Under the pieces are notes generated by a model. The model made no database searches, was not told the DNA's origin, and saw only the letters and a list, made by a program, of their open reading frames with translations. From an uncultured Candidatus Saccharibacteria bacterium (GTDB taxonomy: Bacteria; Patescibacteriota; Saccharimonadia; Saccharimonadales; Saccharimonadaceae): a stretch of DNA of 35,546 bases. Position numbers and translations under genes: made by a program. The stretch spans positions 1 to 35,546 of the forward strand of contig CAZDTL010000002.1 of NCBI GenBank assembly GCA_964508335.1, in the 5' to 3' direction. Below, piece by piece: positions 16,831 through 28,651 of this stretch (its first letter is position 1; every line of letters begins with the position of its first letter).

Positions 16831-18171
16831 TTAGAGGGTTTCGTTGATAAGATAGGTGCGTTCGGCGAGGTCTTGCATGATGTAAATCATATTCCAGCGC
16901 CAACCTTCGGTGGAGAGGAAAGTCATAAAGAAGGGGCTACTGGAGAACATGATGCCGGATTCGTGGTAGTTGTTGCCATAGAGTCCGTTTTTATACATAT
17001 GGGTGGGGCTTCCTGGGAAGCTGAGGTTGTCCCAGTAGTTGTTGATGAAGTAATGTTTGAGGTCTTCGCCGTAGGAGGGGTTATTGATGAGCTCGTAGAG
17101 TTTAGACCACTCGGCGAGTTGGTCGGCAACGGTGGTGTCACAGAAGGCTTCGGTGTCGCTGTAATAGATGGAGCCGCGGAGGTGGTGAGTCATGCCGATA
17201 GAGTCGGCGTAGTCGCGGAGGTTGGCGAGGCCAAGGCTGGAGGCGAGGGCGAGGTGGGCGGAGTTGTTGCTGTAAGTGATGGCGTTAGTGACGAGGCCAC
17301 GTTCGCTGGCGGTGCGAGGGCCGCCAAAGTGGTCGTAGACATACACGGCGTCGATAGTTTTGACGAGCGAAGCGCCATAATAAGGCTTGTCGGGCTGGAA
17401 GGCGTATTCGATGTTTTTATCGAAGTTTTTGAAACCGAAGCTAATGTCCCAACCGTTGTTAATGATGTAGTCGCGGAGTGCGTCGAAGGTGGCGATAGGC
17501 TCGGAGGTGAAGGCGGCGTAGTTATAGACGAAGACACGGCGAGATTTTTCGGAGGTGTTGCCGGCGGCGTCAGCGACTTGGTAGTTGAGAGTGTAGACGC
17601 CGAAATGAGAAGTGTCGACACTGCCTTCGGCCACAACAGATGCGGTAAGGTCGCCGTCGTGCGTGTCGAGAGCGGAGAAGCCAGGTTCTTCGTAAGTTTG
17701 GCCGACGTAGAGGCCGATGTTCTCTGGGCCGTTTAGGGTGAGTGCGGGTGGGGTAATGTCACGGATGATGATTTCGCGAGAGTCGGTGTGAGTTTCACCG
17801 AGATAATTGAGCGTGTAAGAGATTTCGTAGTCGCCGATGACGTGATTTTTGATGTCGTCTAGGTTAGGGCTTTCGACGATGACGCTATCGCTAAGGTCAT
17901 GACAGCTGGAGAAAACGCAGTAGTGAGCGACAAAGCCGGGTTCTTTGAATTCGCTTTCGCCATCAGAAAAGTCGAAGGTTTTGTTGCCGATGAGTTTAAG
18001 CTCGACGTAAGAGCTGTGGTAGGCTTGGTAGCCAGCATAAACGGTGCCGGCAAAGAAGATGAAGAGCAAAAAGTTGAGGATGATTTGCAAGCGCGAGCTT
18101 TTGGCGGTGTGGGCCTTGTGGCGCGGGAGCCTGCCATAATCTGCGGGCGGTTCGGGACCTCCATTTTCCAT
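16831..18171 (-). CDS. Membrane-anchored protein with Ig-like (DUF5011-type) domains and a C-terminal serine hydrolase (class A beta-lactamase/PBP-like) domain
   Basis: TM helix; DITPPALTLNG...YEEPGFSALDTHDGDLT...YQVADAAGN; SLVK (SxxK), SNN (SxN), KNG. ATG 18171 is 6 nt after TATAAT. Confidence 0.75.
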   Translation of the reverse strand: MENGGPEPPADYGRLPRHKAHTAKSSRLQIILNFLLFIFFAGTVYAGYQAYHSSYVELKLIGNKTFDFSDGESEFKEPGFVAHYCVFSSCHDLSDSVIVESPNLDDIKNHVIGDYEISYTLNYLGETHTDSREIIIRDITPPALTLNGPENIGLYVGQTYEEPGFSALDTHDGDLTASVVAEGSVDTSHFGVYTLNYQVADAAGNTSEKSRRVFVYNYAAFTSEPIATFDALRDYIINNGWDISFGFKNFDKNIEYAFQPDKPYYGASLVKTIDAVYVYDHFGGPRTASERGLVTNAITYSNNSAHLALASSLGLANLRDYADSIGMTHHLRGSIYYSDTEAFCDTTVADQLAEWSKLYELINNPSYGEDLKHYFINNYWDNLSFPGSPTHMYKNGLYGNNYHESGIMFSSSPFFMTFLSTEGWRWNMIYIMQDLAERTYLINETL

Positions 18172-18205
18172 AAGCTTATTATAAGTCTTTGTGACGGTTA
18201 TGGCA

Positions 18206-18237
18206 AGAAAAACGCCCAAGTGGTTCGGCTTGGGCGT
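18206..18237 (-). terminator. Intrinsic terminator of rplS
   Basis: ACGCCCAAG-N8-CTTGGGCGT followed by TTTTCT on the minus strand. Confidence 0.75.
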
Positions 18238-18256
18238 GATGAGTTTTTCTTAAAAG

Positions 18257-18658
18257 TTATGCGGCGGGCTCGGCGGGCTCGGCTAGCGTGTTGACGGCAG
18301 TGCGGTCGAAATCTTTACCTTCGAGGCGAGCGGACTTGCCAGAGCGGGCGCGGAGGTAGCTTAAATTGTTGCGGCGAACTTTAGCGCGGCGAACGACTTC
18401 AACTTTTTCGACGAGCGGGGAGTGGAGTAAGAAAGATTTTTCCACGCCGACGCCAGAGGCGATTTTTCTAACGACAATGCGGGCGGTGTGGGATTCTTTG
18501 TGGTCGGCGCGAACCACGACGCCTTCGAACATCTGGGAGCGGAACTTTTCGCCTTCTTTGATTTTTTGGGTGACCTTAACGGTGTCGCCGGGGCGAACGT
18601 CGACGACGGCAGGTTTTTTCTGGGCTTCACCGATTTTTTGTAAGATAGAAAAACTCAT
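18257..18658 (-). CDS. rplS: 50S ribosomal protein L19
   Basis: RPGDTVKV, FEGVV, VRKIASGVGVEKSF, KVRRNNLSYLR. Confidence 0.96.
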   Translation of the reverse strand: MSFSILQKIGEAQKKPAVVDVRPGDTVKVTQKIKEGEKFRSQMFEGVVVRADHKESHTARIVVRKIASGVGVEKSFLLHSPLVEKVEVVRRAKVRRNNLSYLRARSGKSARLEGKDFDRTAVNTLAEPAEPAA

Positions 18659-18700
18659 TTTATTAACCTTTATTAGACAATTACGTGTATTGTATCATAT

Positions 18701-19276
18701 TTACTTCTTGAGTGCAAGACGTATTCTTTGTTCGACGGGGAGGGCGGGGTCGATGTGTTCGAGGGCGAGGGTGGCTTCTTTGAGCGGGAAGCCGAGGGCG
18801 ATGAGGGCGTCGAGAGCTTCGTCGGATTCTGGCTTTTGTTCTTTCGATTTGACAATGGTGGCGCCGAAGTGGGTGGGGAGACCGACTTTGTCGGAGAGGT
18901 CAACGATAACGCGTTCGGCGGATTTTTTGCCGACGCCGGCGGCCTTGGAGACGAAAGCAGAGTCGGCGTTTGCGATGGCGTTACGGACTTCTTCGGGGGA
19001 GGCGAGAGAAAGGATGGACATCGCCGCCTTAGGGCCGATGCCGTTGACGGAGATGAGGAGCTCGAAGAGTTTTTTGGCAGCGAGGCTAGTGAAGCCATAA
19101 AGTGCCTCGTCGGTTTCGGAGATTTTGTGGTAAGTGTAGATTTTGATGTGGTCGTTTAAGTTTAAGTTGTCGAAGTCGAGGGCAGAGACGACGATTTCGT
19201 AGCCGATGCCACCTGCGTCGACCGTGATGCTGTTGTTAAACTTTTCTTCGATAATGCCTTTAATGTGGGAAATCAT
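18701..19276 (-). CDS. ruvA: Holliday junction branch migration protein RuvA
   Basis: MISHIKG, GGIGYEI, LYGF, LISVNGIGPKAA, GVGKKSAERVIVDL, EALDALIALGF. Confidence 0.95.
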   Translation of the reverse strand: MISHIKGIIEEKFNNSITVDAGGIGYEIVVSALDFDNLNLNDHIKIYTYHKISETDEALYGFTSLAAKKLFELLISVNGIGPKAAMSILSLASPEEVRNAIANADSAFVSKAAGVGKKSAERVIVDLSDKVGLPTHFGATIVKSKEQKPESDEALDALIALGFPLKEATLALEHIDPALPVEQRIRLALKK

Positions 19277-19296
19277 GAGATGATTATAGCACGAAG

Positions 19297-19968
19297 TTAG
19301 CTGAGTTGGCCGCGGCGGAGGGTGAAGACGGCGTCAGCGCGGTCGGCGACACGGCGGGAGTGGGTGACGATGATGACGATTTTGTGGTCTTTGTGTGCAA
19401 GGTCGCGGAAGAGGTCGATGATTCTGGCTTCGGTGTCTTCGTCGAGGTTGCCGGTTGGCTCGTCGGCCATGATGATAGGCGAGTTGGAGGCGAGGGCGCG
19501 GGCGATGGCGACGCGTTGTTGTTGGCCGCCGGAGAGTTTGCCCACGAGACGTTTGCCTTCTTCGGCGGTGAGGCCGACTTTTTCGAGGTATTTAGTGGGG
19601 TCGATTTCGCGGCCGTCAAAGTCGGAGGCGACCTCGATGTTTTCGGCGGCGGTCATGTATTTGATGAGGTTGTAACTTTGGAAGACGATGTTGACGTATT
19701 TAAGGCGGAACTCTTGGCCAGTGATTTCGCGCAGACTTTTGTTGTTGTATTTGATGTCGCCAGATTGGAGCTTGTCGAGGGCGGAAATGAGGCTGAGGAA
19801 GGTGGTCTTGCCGGAGCCAGATTCGCCGACGATGGCGTAAACCTTGCCGGATTTGAACTCGGCGCTAATGTCGTTTAAGATGATCTGGGTGCGGTCGCCG
19901 TTTTGGTAGCTGTATGAGAGGTGTTCGATGGTGAGGGTGTTGGGTTTTGAGGAGGGTTTAGTGGCCAT
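19297..19968 (-). CDS. ABC transporter ATP-binding protein (LolD/MacB-like)
   Basis: GESGSGKT, LSGGQQQRVAIARAL, ADEPTGNLD, VTH. Confidence 0.93.
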   Translation of the reverse strand: MATKPSSKPNTLTIEHLSYSYQNGDRTQIILNDISAEFKSGKVYAIVGESGSGKTTFLSLISALDKLQSGDIKYNNKSLREITGQEFRLKYVNIVFQSYNLIKYMTAAENIEVASDFDGREIDPTKYLEKVGLTAEEGKRLVGKLSGGQQQRVAIARALASNSPIIMADEPTGNLDEDTEARIIDLFRDLAHKDHKIVIIVTHSRRVADRADAVFTLRRGQLS

Positions 19969-19970
19969 GG

Positions 19971-21530
19971 TTATTCCTTTCCGGCTAAGATTTCTTTTGG
20001 TTGGTAGTGCATGATACTGGCGGAGGGGAGGATGAGGGCGAGGAGGATGACGGCGTAGCCAGTGACGAAGAGAAGGAGGTAGTCGAGCGGTTCGGCGTTG
20101 ATGTTAAGTTCGATTTTTTGGCTGGCGCGGTTGTCTGCGAGGACGTCTTTCATGTTGGTTGGTGCATCGCTCGGCAGGTTGGGTATGTTGTTGGAATTTT
20201 TGGAATTGTTTTTGGAGTCGGTAGGTTGTCCAGGCATGCCCATCATGGCGCTGGGGCGGCCGAAGTTTTGTTCGGATTGTTGGGATGAGGCGCTGGTTTG
20301 GCCGGCGATGATACTGTCGCCGAGAGTTTGGGCGAAGACGGCGCCAGTGATGCTGGCGGCCGCGAAGCCGATGGTGCCAACGATGAGAAGCTCGGTGGCA
20401 ATTTGGCCGATGATGTTTTTCTTTGATGCGCCGAGCGACATGAGAACACCGATTTCGTAGCGACGGTCTTTGACGTTGATGGTGACAATGAGAGTAATGA
20501 TGATGACGGCGGCGATGATGACGATGATGAGGATGGTGTCCGCGAAGCCGCCGACGGATTCGATGGAGCCGGCGAGTTGGTCGTATTCGGAAGTGTCGAC
20601 GGCGAATTTGAGGTTGTTCTCGGAGAGTTCGGTGAAGGCGGAGTTGACCTTTTCGACAAATTCGTCGGCGAGGTCGGAGCTAACCATGTAGAATTTGACG
20701 TTACCGACGGCGTAGTTGCCGTTGTTGTAAGTTTCGGTGTCGAAGAACTTGGCGGCGGTTTCGGTGTTCATGTAGATAGTGTTGGCGTCGGCGCGGGTGG
20801 CGGAGGTGTCGTAGATGCCGATGACTGTGAGGGTGACGGATTTTTCGGTGTAGGCGTTTTTAAGTTTGAAGGTGTCACCGACTTTGAGGGAGTTTAGCTC
20901 GGCAAATTCGTAAGAAATCATGGCGGAGTCAGTTGAGGATTCGTCGAAGTAGGTGCCGTCTTTGATGGTGATGGTTTCGTCACTGACGCCGTCGATGTAA
21001 GCGTAGGCGTTGACACCGGTGATGGTGATGTTAGTGTCGAGCGTGGCGTCGGCGTCGGAGGTGCCGTTCATGAAGTCCATGCCGGGCATGCCTGGCATAT
21101 TCTGCATATTGCCACCTTTGCCGTCGTTGAAGCTTTTAGTTTCTACGGTTTCCAAGCTGTAAGAGTTGGCCGAGACGGAGATTTCGTAAGAATAGTCTTT
21201 GATGTAGTTGGCGTAGGTGGAGACGATTTTGTTTGCGGTTTCGACGTCTATGCTGGGGCGGCTCATTTCTTTGAACATTTCGCTCGGGTTGCCGCCGTTT
21301 TTCATTTCGGTTTCTTGGTTTTTACGGATGGTGTCCATGTCGGCTTGGACGGAGACGGTGCCGCCGAGGGTGGACTTGGCGTAGTTCATCTGGGCGGAGA
21401 CGGCGGACTTGACGATGAAGGCGGCGAGGACGAGGTTTGCCATCATGAAGAAGATTAGGGTTAATATAATGGTGCGGCCGAGCTTGCGTTTAATGGAGAG
21501 CCAGCTACGTTTTAACATATTTCTGAACAT
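19971..21530 (-). CDS. ABC transporter permease (FtsX/MacB family)
   Basis: N-terminal TM, large extracellular loop, RRYEIGVLMSLGASK, three C-terminal TMs, PKEIL end. Confidence 0.88.
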   Translation of the reverse strand: MFRNMLKRSWLSIKRKLGRTIILTLIFFMMANLVLAAFIVKSAVSAQMNYAKSTLGGTVSVQADMDTIRKNQETEMKNGGNPSEMFKEMSRPSIDVETANKIVSTYANYIKDYSYEISVSANSYSLETVETKSFNDGKGGNMQNMPGMPGMDFMNGTSDADATLDTNITITGVNAYAYIDGVSDETITIKDGTYFDESSTDSAMISYEFAELNSLKVGDTFKLKNAYTEKSVTLTVIGIYDTSATRADANTIYMNTETAAKFFDTETYNNGNYAVGNVKFYMVSSDLADEFVEKVNSAFTELSENNLKFAVDTSEYDQLAGSIESVGGFADTILIIVIIAAVIIITLIVTINVKDRRYEIGVLMSLGASKKNIIGQIATELLIVGTIGFAAASITGAVFAQTLGDSIIAGQTSASSQQSEQNFGRPSAMMGMPGQPTDSKNNSKNSNNIPNLPSDAPTNMKDVLADNRASQKIELNINAEPLDYLLLFVTGYAVILLALILPSASIMHYQPKEILAGKE

Positions 21531-21574
21531 GGTGTTATTATGGCATCGGAAGCTTAAAAAAGATTAAAAGATTT

Positions 21575-22054
21575 TTAGTTGACGCGGGACATCATGCTGT
21601 GGACGATGGCGGCGGCGACGGCGTCAGCGGCGTCATCGGGCTTAATTACCTCGTCCATTTTAAGGTAGACGCGCACCATTTCCTGCATTTGTTTTTTGTC
21701 GGCGTGGCCGTAGCCGGTCATGGCTTTTTTTATCTCATTAGGCGAATATTCAAAAATTGGGAGGTTGGCTTGGGCGGCGACGAGTATGACGACACCGCGG
21801 GCTTCGGCGACGGAGATGCCAGTAGTGATGTTTTGCATGAAGAAGAGTTTTTCGATGGAGATGCAGTCAGGGTGGTCTTCTTCAATTATCTCATGGAGCG
21901 AATTGTAGATGTCGAGCAGGCGGTCTCTCAGCGGGGTGTGGGGCGGGGTGGTGATGGCGCCGGAGTCGATTAAAACCGGGGCGCCCTTTTTACGCACTTC
22001 GAGGACGCCGAAGCCGCAGATGCCGGTGCCGGGGTCAACGCCTAAAATGCGCAT
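21575..22054 (-). CDS. ruvC: Crossover junction endodeoxyribonuclease RuvC
   Basis: ILGVDPG, IEKLFF, EARGV, IKKAMTGYGHADK, PDDAADA. Confidence 0.96.
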   Translation of the reverse strand: MRILGVDPGTGICGFGVLEVRKKGAPVLIDSGAITTPPHTPLRDRLLDIYNSLHEIIEEDHPDCISIEKLFFMQNITTGISVAEARGVVILVAAQANLPIFEYSPNEIKKAMTGYGHADKKQMQEMVRVYLKMDEVIKPDDAADAVAAAIVHSMMSRVN

Positions 22055-22117
22055 AAAAAGTCCTTCTCTGTTATTACAGGGGTGAGCGTCGCGGATTTGG
22101 CACGCGCTCTAATCATG

Positions 22118-23470
22118 TTATTTGACGTGAGTGATTAGGGTTTGGCGAAGGTCTTTGACGGGGATGACGAACGGGTCTTTGATGGTTGCAGGGGCGATGG
22201 CGCGAGTGAAGCCGAGTTTTTTAGCTTCGGCGATGCGTTGGTCGGGGCGGAAGGCGGAGCGAATCTCTCCACCGAGGCCAACTTCGCCGAAGACGACGTA
22301 AGATTCGTCGAGTTTGCGGCCAGCGACGGCAGAGGCAATGGCGAGGCAGACGGCGAGGTCGGCGCCAGAGTCGTTCAGTTTCATGCCACCGACGACGTTG
22401 ACGAAGATGTCTTGTTCTCCGAGTTTGAGCTTGGTGCGGCGTTCGAGGACGGCGATGAGGAGCTTGAGGCGGTTAAGGTCGAAGCCGGAAGCGGTGCGGT
22501 TGGGGTAGCCGAAGGTGGTTTTGGATGCTAGGGCTTGGATTTCTACGAGGAGGGGGCGGGTGCCTTCCAAAGTGGCGAGGATGATGGAGCCGTCAGTGTT
22601 TTGGCGTTCGGCGAGGAGGGCGGCGGAGGGATTTTGGACTTCTTTGAGGCCGGAGTTGGCCATTTCAAAAATGGCGACTTCGGACGTGGAACCGAAGCGG
22701 TTTTTGACGGCGCGGACGGTTTTGAAGCCGCCGTAGCGGTCGCCTTCAAAGTTGACGACGACGTCGACGAGGTGTTCGAGGACTTTCGGACCGGCCAAGG
22801 TTCCCTCTTTAGTGACGTGGCCGACGATGACGACGGCAGTGTCGGTGGCTTTGGCAGCGCGGATGATGAGGTTGCCGCAGTTGGTAACTTGGGAAACGCC
22901 GCCAGGGGCGGAGGAGATTTCGGCGAGGGAGAGAGTTTGGATGGAGTCGACGACAACGAAGTCAAATTCGGCAGATTCGATGGTCTTGGCGATGTCGTTG
23001 CCAGAGGTCGACGAGGCGAAGTTGAGTTTGTCGGATTCGGCGCCGAGGCGGACAGCGCGAAGCTTGACCTGGCCGGCAGATTCCTCACCGGAGACGTAGA
23101 GGACGTTATGGGTTTTGGAGATGAAGGAGCAGATTTGCATGAGGAGAGTGGACTTGCCGATGCCCGGTTGACCGGTTAGTAAAGTCACCGAGCCTTTGAG
23201 AAAGCCGCCACCAAGGACGGTGTCGAGGTCTTTGAATGGAGTCTTGAGGCGTTCTTTGGCGTCGGAGGGGACGATGGTTTTGATATTGACGTAGTCGAGT
23301 TTTTTGCCGGAGACTTTGGCGCCAGCGAGGGCGTTTTTGCCCTCGGCGCTGGCGATGGGGATGGTTTCGACGAGCGTATTCCAAGAGCCGCAGTTGGAGC
23401 ATTGGCCTAGCCATTTGGCGAAGGTCATGCCACATTCGGTGCAAGTGTATTCTGCCCTGTTTTTAGCCAT
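22118..23470 (-). CDS. radA: DNA repair protein RadA/Sms
   Basis: C4 zinc finger, GQPGIGKST, KNRFG motif, Lon-like C-terminus. Confidence 0.97.
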   Translation of the reverse strand: MAKNRAEYTCTECGMTFAKWLGQCSNCGSWNTLVETIPIASAEGKNALAGAKVSGKKLDYVNIKTIVPSDAKERLKTPFKDLDTVLGGGFLKGSVTLLTGQPGIGKSTLLMQICSFISKTHNVLYVSGEESAGQVKLRAVRLGAESDKLNFASSTSGNDIAKTIESAEFDFVVVDSIQTLSLAEISSAPGGVSQVTNCGNLIIRAAKATDTAVVIVGHVTKEGTLAGPKVLEHLVDVVVNFEGDRYGGFKTVRAVKNRFGSTSEVAIFEMANSGLKEVQNPSAALLAERQNTDGSIILATLEGTRPLLVEIQALASKTTFGYPNRTASGFDLNRLKLLIAVLERRTKLKLGEQDIFVNVVGGMKLNDSGADLAVCLAIASAVAGRKLDESYVVFGEVGLGGEIRSAFRPDQRIAEAKKLGFTRAIAPATIKDPFVIPVKDLRQTLITHVK

Positions 23471-23493
23471 TTTGCCTCCGTTATTTGCTGTGG

Positions 23494-24327
23494 TTATTTT
23501 TGGCCGCAGACGACATTATTGGCGTGAACCCAACCGTCGAGGCTACCGCCGTCGAGATATTCGCCGTCGGTTTTGGCGGCGCGCATGATGCCGCCTTTTT
23601 TGATATAGGTCGCGAAGGGGTCGGTAATCATGTATTCTTGGTCGAGCGGGCCGAAGTCGTTAGCATGGACGTAGTTGATGATTTCTTGCATGAGAGAGGG
23701 GGAGACGATGTATTTGCTGACCGAGGCGAGGCCAGTGACTTGGTCTGGTTTGGGTTTTTCGGTAATTTTGACAACTTTTTCGTTTTCGATGGTGAGGGCG
23801 CCACCGTTGAGGAGGGCAGCTTCGGGCTTAGTGATGCCGAGAAGGGCGGATTCGTCGTCGGACTTAACGGCTTTGAGGAGCGATTCGGCCGAAGATTCGC
23901 CGCCTGGGTTCCAGATGAAATCGTCGCCCATGAAGACGAAGACGGGTTCGTTTAGGCTGTATTCTTCGGCGACCATGGCGACAGGGACGGCGGTGCCGTA
24001 TTTGCTGGAAGGGTCTTGGGAGACATAGTGGATTTTGACGTTTTCCGGGAGGGTTTTGGCGAGGGCAAGGCGGTCTTGTTTGTTGCGGGCTTCGAGATAG
24101 AGGTTGAGAGCGACGTTGTCTTTGTAGAATTCGCGGACTTGGCAAGGCTCGACGTTGCTGATGACCATGTAGATGTCGGTGACGCCGGCGGCGATGAGTT
24201 CTTGAACGGAGTAGTCGACGAGCGGGCGGTTGCCGACCGGAAGCATGGATTTTTCGATGATTTTAGTGATGGGGAGGCGTCGTGTCCCCCAACCCGCAAC
24301 TGGGATAATAGCTTTTGTGATGGGCAT
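23494..24327 (-). CDS. Sugar-phosphate nucleotidyltransferase (GalU-like)
   Basis: KAIIPVAGWGTRRLPITK, MGDD, EKP. Start at MPITK after a CGGAGG SD. Confidence 0.85.
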   Translation of the reverse strand: MPITKAIIPVAGWGTRRLPITKIIEKSMLPVGNRPLVDYSVQELIAAGVTDIYMVISNVEPCQVREFYKDNVALNLYLEARNKQDRLALAKTLPENVKIHYVSQDPSSKYGTAVPVAMVAEEYSLNEPVFVFMGDDFIWNPGGESSAESLLKAVKSDDESALLGITKPEAALLNGGALTIENEKVVKITEKPKPDQVTGLASVSKYIVSPSLMQEIINYVHANDFGPLDQEYMITDPFATYIKKGGIMRAAKTDGEYLDGGSLDGWVHANNVVCGQK

Positions 24328-24356
24328 GAGAGAACCTCCGTTTAGTTTGTCTTTCG

Positions 24357-25943
<1,587 letters not shown>

Positions 25944-25974
25944 AAGTATATTATAGCATACAAAATACAAAAAG

Positions 25975-26113
25975 AGCATGCTCGCTTGCGGTCGATAGCT
26001 CGTTCGCCGACACAGGTCGCGACGGCCCGTCGTTACGGGCGTCGCGCCTTAATACTCGGTCGTAACCTCCGTGTTGTCGGCGAGACGAGACTATCTCCCC
26101 GCTCGCACATGCT
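25975..26113. repeat. Structured palindromic repeat element, copy 3 (70-nt core 26009-26078)
   Basis: 60/70 identical to the copy 1 core with 3 further compensatory pairs. The interrupted outer stem ends 2 nt from the aguA stop. Confidence 0.9.
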
Positions 26114-26115
26114 TG

Positions 26116-27213
26116 TTAGGCCTTTGGTACTTGTTGAGTGATGCAGTGGATGTTGCCGCCACCGAGAAGGATTTCGCGGGCGTAAACCGTTTCAATCGTT
26201 TTGTCGGGGAAGCAATCTTGCAAGATGTTGATGGCAGCTTGGTCATGTTCGTCGTTGAAAATCGGCAAAATCACGGCGCCATTGCAGTTATAATAGTTAA
26301 TATAGCTGGCCGGGAGGCGGTCGCCTTCGTTGCGTGGGAAGGTGCCTTCGACGACATCAACGCCTTCGGATTCTTCCTTGGTAATCGTGATGGGGTTCGG
26401 GACGTGGATTTTGATGACTTCCAGCTTGCGGCCCTTAGCGTCAGTGACGGACTCGAGATATTCGAGGTCTTTTTTGCTACGTTCGTGTTGTGGGTCCTGT
26501 TCGTTGTCTTCCCAGGCGAGGACGACCTTGCCGGGAGCGACGAATTGGCAGATGTTGTCGATGTGGCCGTTGGTATCTTCGTCTTTGTAGATCCCGTAGG
26601 GAAGCCAGAGGACTTTTTCCGCACCGCAGTAGTCGAGGAGATATTTTTCAATTTCTTCTTTGGACAAGTCGGGGTTGCGACCTTTGTCGAGGCAGGTTTC
26701 TTCGGTGACGAGAAGCGTGCCTTCGCCGTCACTGTGGACGGAGCCACCTTCGAGAACGAAGTTGTCAGTGCGGTAGCGGTCGACACCTTCAATGGCGCAG
26801 ACTTTAGCGGCGATTTGGTCGTCGAAGTCCCACGGGAAGTAAATCCCGTTGTAAAGCCCGCCGTAACCGTTGAACTTCCAGTCGACGCCGCGGAGTTCGC
26901 CTTCGCCGTTAATCACGAAAGTCGGGCCGGTGTCGCGAATCCAGGAGTCGTTGTTGCTGATTTCGACGACATGGACGTTTTCTAGGTTCATGCCGAGGAC
27001 GTGAGCGTATTGGCTTTCGTTGACGCCGAGGACAACAGGTTCGTGCTTGGCGATGGCCTTGACAACCTCAACGAACGCGTGTTGCGCGGGCTTGGCCCCG
27101 CCCCGCCAGTTGTCGGGGCGTTCAGGCCAGAGCAGATAGGTTGCGACGTGTTCGCTAAGTTCGGACGGCATGTAAAAACCGTCTCCTTTGGGGGTCCTAT
27201 CGTTTATTCGCAC
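26116..27213 (-). CDS. aguA: Agmatine deiminase
   Basis: TPKGDGFYMPSE, WPERPDNWR, NDSWIRDTGP, LEGGS, TNGHIDN, GGGNIHCITQQVP. Start uncertain: GTG 27213 preferred, ORF open to 27252. Confidence 0.93.
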   Translation of the reverse strand: MRINDRTPKGDGFYMPSELSEHVATYLLWPERPDNWRGGAKPAQHAFVEVVKAIAKHEPVVLGVNESQYAHVLGMNLENVHVVEISNNDSWIRDTGPTFVINGEGELRGVDWKFNGYGGLYNGIYFPWDFDDQIAAKVCAIEGVDRYRTDNFVLEGGSVHSDGEGTLLVTEETCLDKGRNPDLSKEEIEKYLLDYCGAEKVLWLPYGIYKDEDTNGHIDNICQFVAPGKVVLAWEDNEQDPQHERSKKDLEYLESVTDAKGRKLEVIKIHVPNPITITKEESEGVDVVEGTFPRNEGDRLPASYINYYNCNGAVILPIFNDEHDQAAINILQDCFPDKTIETVYAREILLGGGNIHCITQQVPKA

Positions 27214-28651
27214 GGCGGAGAGCCTTTCTTGCTTCATCTTTCTTGCTGGCATTCCAGACGAGAACTTCGCCGATGATAATGCAGACGACGGAGCTGATGA
27301 TGAGGATTTTGTTGTCCATAATGGCTTCTAGGTCAAACTCTGGGATGAGTGTGAAGAAGAGGGAGATGAGAAGCATAATCACTGGAATGATGCCAAAGAG
27401 AGCAATCTTGCCAGCGCCACCTTTGATCCAGTAGCCGTTCTTTTCTTGAACGCCTTTTTTGTGGAGCTTCATGAAAGCGAAGAACATGGGGATGTAGCCG
27501 ATGAGGAGACAGAAGAGCGAGAGATCGAAGAAGGCCCAGAACATGTTGGTAAGTTCTTCGGCTTCGGGGAAGACGTAGGCAAGAATAATGCCAGCGACGG
27601 AAAGGATGGCGGCGATGATGCTAGTCCAGAGAGAGACAGTGGTAGCGACGCCATTTTTGTTGGTCTTAGCCCAAGACTTCGGGAAGATGCCATCTTTGGC
27701 GGCATAAGCCGTGACGGAGTAAACGCCGAATTGCCAAGAAGAGATATTGGCGACAAGAGTGTAGAGGAAGAAGCAGGCGACGACGGTAATGATGGCGGTG
27801 ATGGCGCTGGCGGAGAGGCCGACGGCTTCAAGCAAAATCTGATAGCTGTCGAGAAGGCCGGAGTTGGTGGCGAGTTCTTCGAACGGAACGGCAACGCCGA
27901 TGCCGAAGCTTGGCAGGATGTAGAACAAGGCGATTAAGACGGCGCCGAGAATAATCGCTTGGGGGATTTGTTTTTTCGGGTTGTCCATATCATCGATAAA
28001 GGTACCGACGACTTCGAAGCCGAGCATGTTGAAGATGATAAGCGAGACGAAACTAACGCCAGCCCAGTCAATGCCACCTTCGGCAGCCACGAGTGGCAAG
28101 AGGTCGTGAACTGACTCGATTGGATTGGCGGAGCCTTGTTTGACGAAAACATAGATGCCGAGAGCACCAATGCCGGCGAGGGTGATAAACTTCACGATTG
28201 CGCCAAGGTTGGCCACCCAGGCGGATTGAGAAATGCGAAGTTGGCCCAGAATCGTAATGAGGGTGATGTAGCCGATTTCAATCACGAGTGCAGTGACAAT
28301 CGTTGGTTCCATGCCAAGGATGGTCATGAGTAATGTCGTGGCGAGGTCGGCAAGGGAGGCAATCCAAAGCGGGAAGTTGACCCAGTAGAACCATGCCACG
28401 CGGCCGGCCCACTTTTTGCCAAGGGCTTTTTTAACCCAGGTATACATACCGCCCTCACTGGGGTATTGCGTACCTAGCTCGGCGGAGATTAAAGCGTAGG
28501 GGATAAAGAAGCCGAGAATCATAATTACCCACCACGCGTACTGAGAGTTCCCGATGGCGGCGGTCGGCGCGACGGCGTCAATCACGAGAACAATACAGAC
28601 TGTCGCGAGTACGGCGCTGAACAGCCTGAATTTTGGCTTTTTAGCTGGCAT
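27197..28651 (-). CDS. aguD: APC-family amino acid permease, probable agmatine/putrescine antiporter
   Basis: About 12 TM helices, AELGTQYPSEGGMYTWV, GFEV; lies between aguB and aguA with overlapping ends. Confidence 0.82.
   Translation of the reverse strand: MPAKKPKFRLFSAVLATVCIVLVIDAVAPTAAIGNSQYAWWVIMILGFFIPYALISAELGTQYPSEGGMYTWVKKALGKKWAGRVAWFYWVNFPLWIASLADLATTLLMTILGMEPTIVTALVIEIGYITLITILGQLRISQSAWVANLGAIVKFITLAGIGALGIYVFVKQGSANPIESVHDLLPLVAAEGGIDWAGVSFVSLIIFNMLGFEVVGTFIDDMDNPKKQIPQAIILGAVLIALFYILPSFGIGVAVPFEELATNSGLLDSYQILLEAVGLSASAITAIITVVACFFLYTLVANISSWQFGVYSVTAYAAKDGIFPKSWAKTNKNGVATTVSLWTSIIAAILSVAGIILAYVFPEAEELTNMFWAFFDLSLFCLLIGYIPMFFAFMKLHKKGVQEKNGYWIKGGAGKIALFGIIPVIMLLISLFFTLIPEFDLEAIMDNKILIISSVVCIIIGEVLVWNASKKDEARKALRRANKR

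Noticed and set aside
22055-22117. Hairpin GAGCG...CGCTC between radA and ruvC
   Set aside because: Short and imperfect, with no similarity to the 70-nt element; likely an ordinary intercistronic stem.
27197-27252. 56-bp overlap of aguD and aguA
   Set aside because: Probably a start-call artefact; GTG at 27213 reduces it to an ordinary 17-bp overlap.
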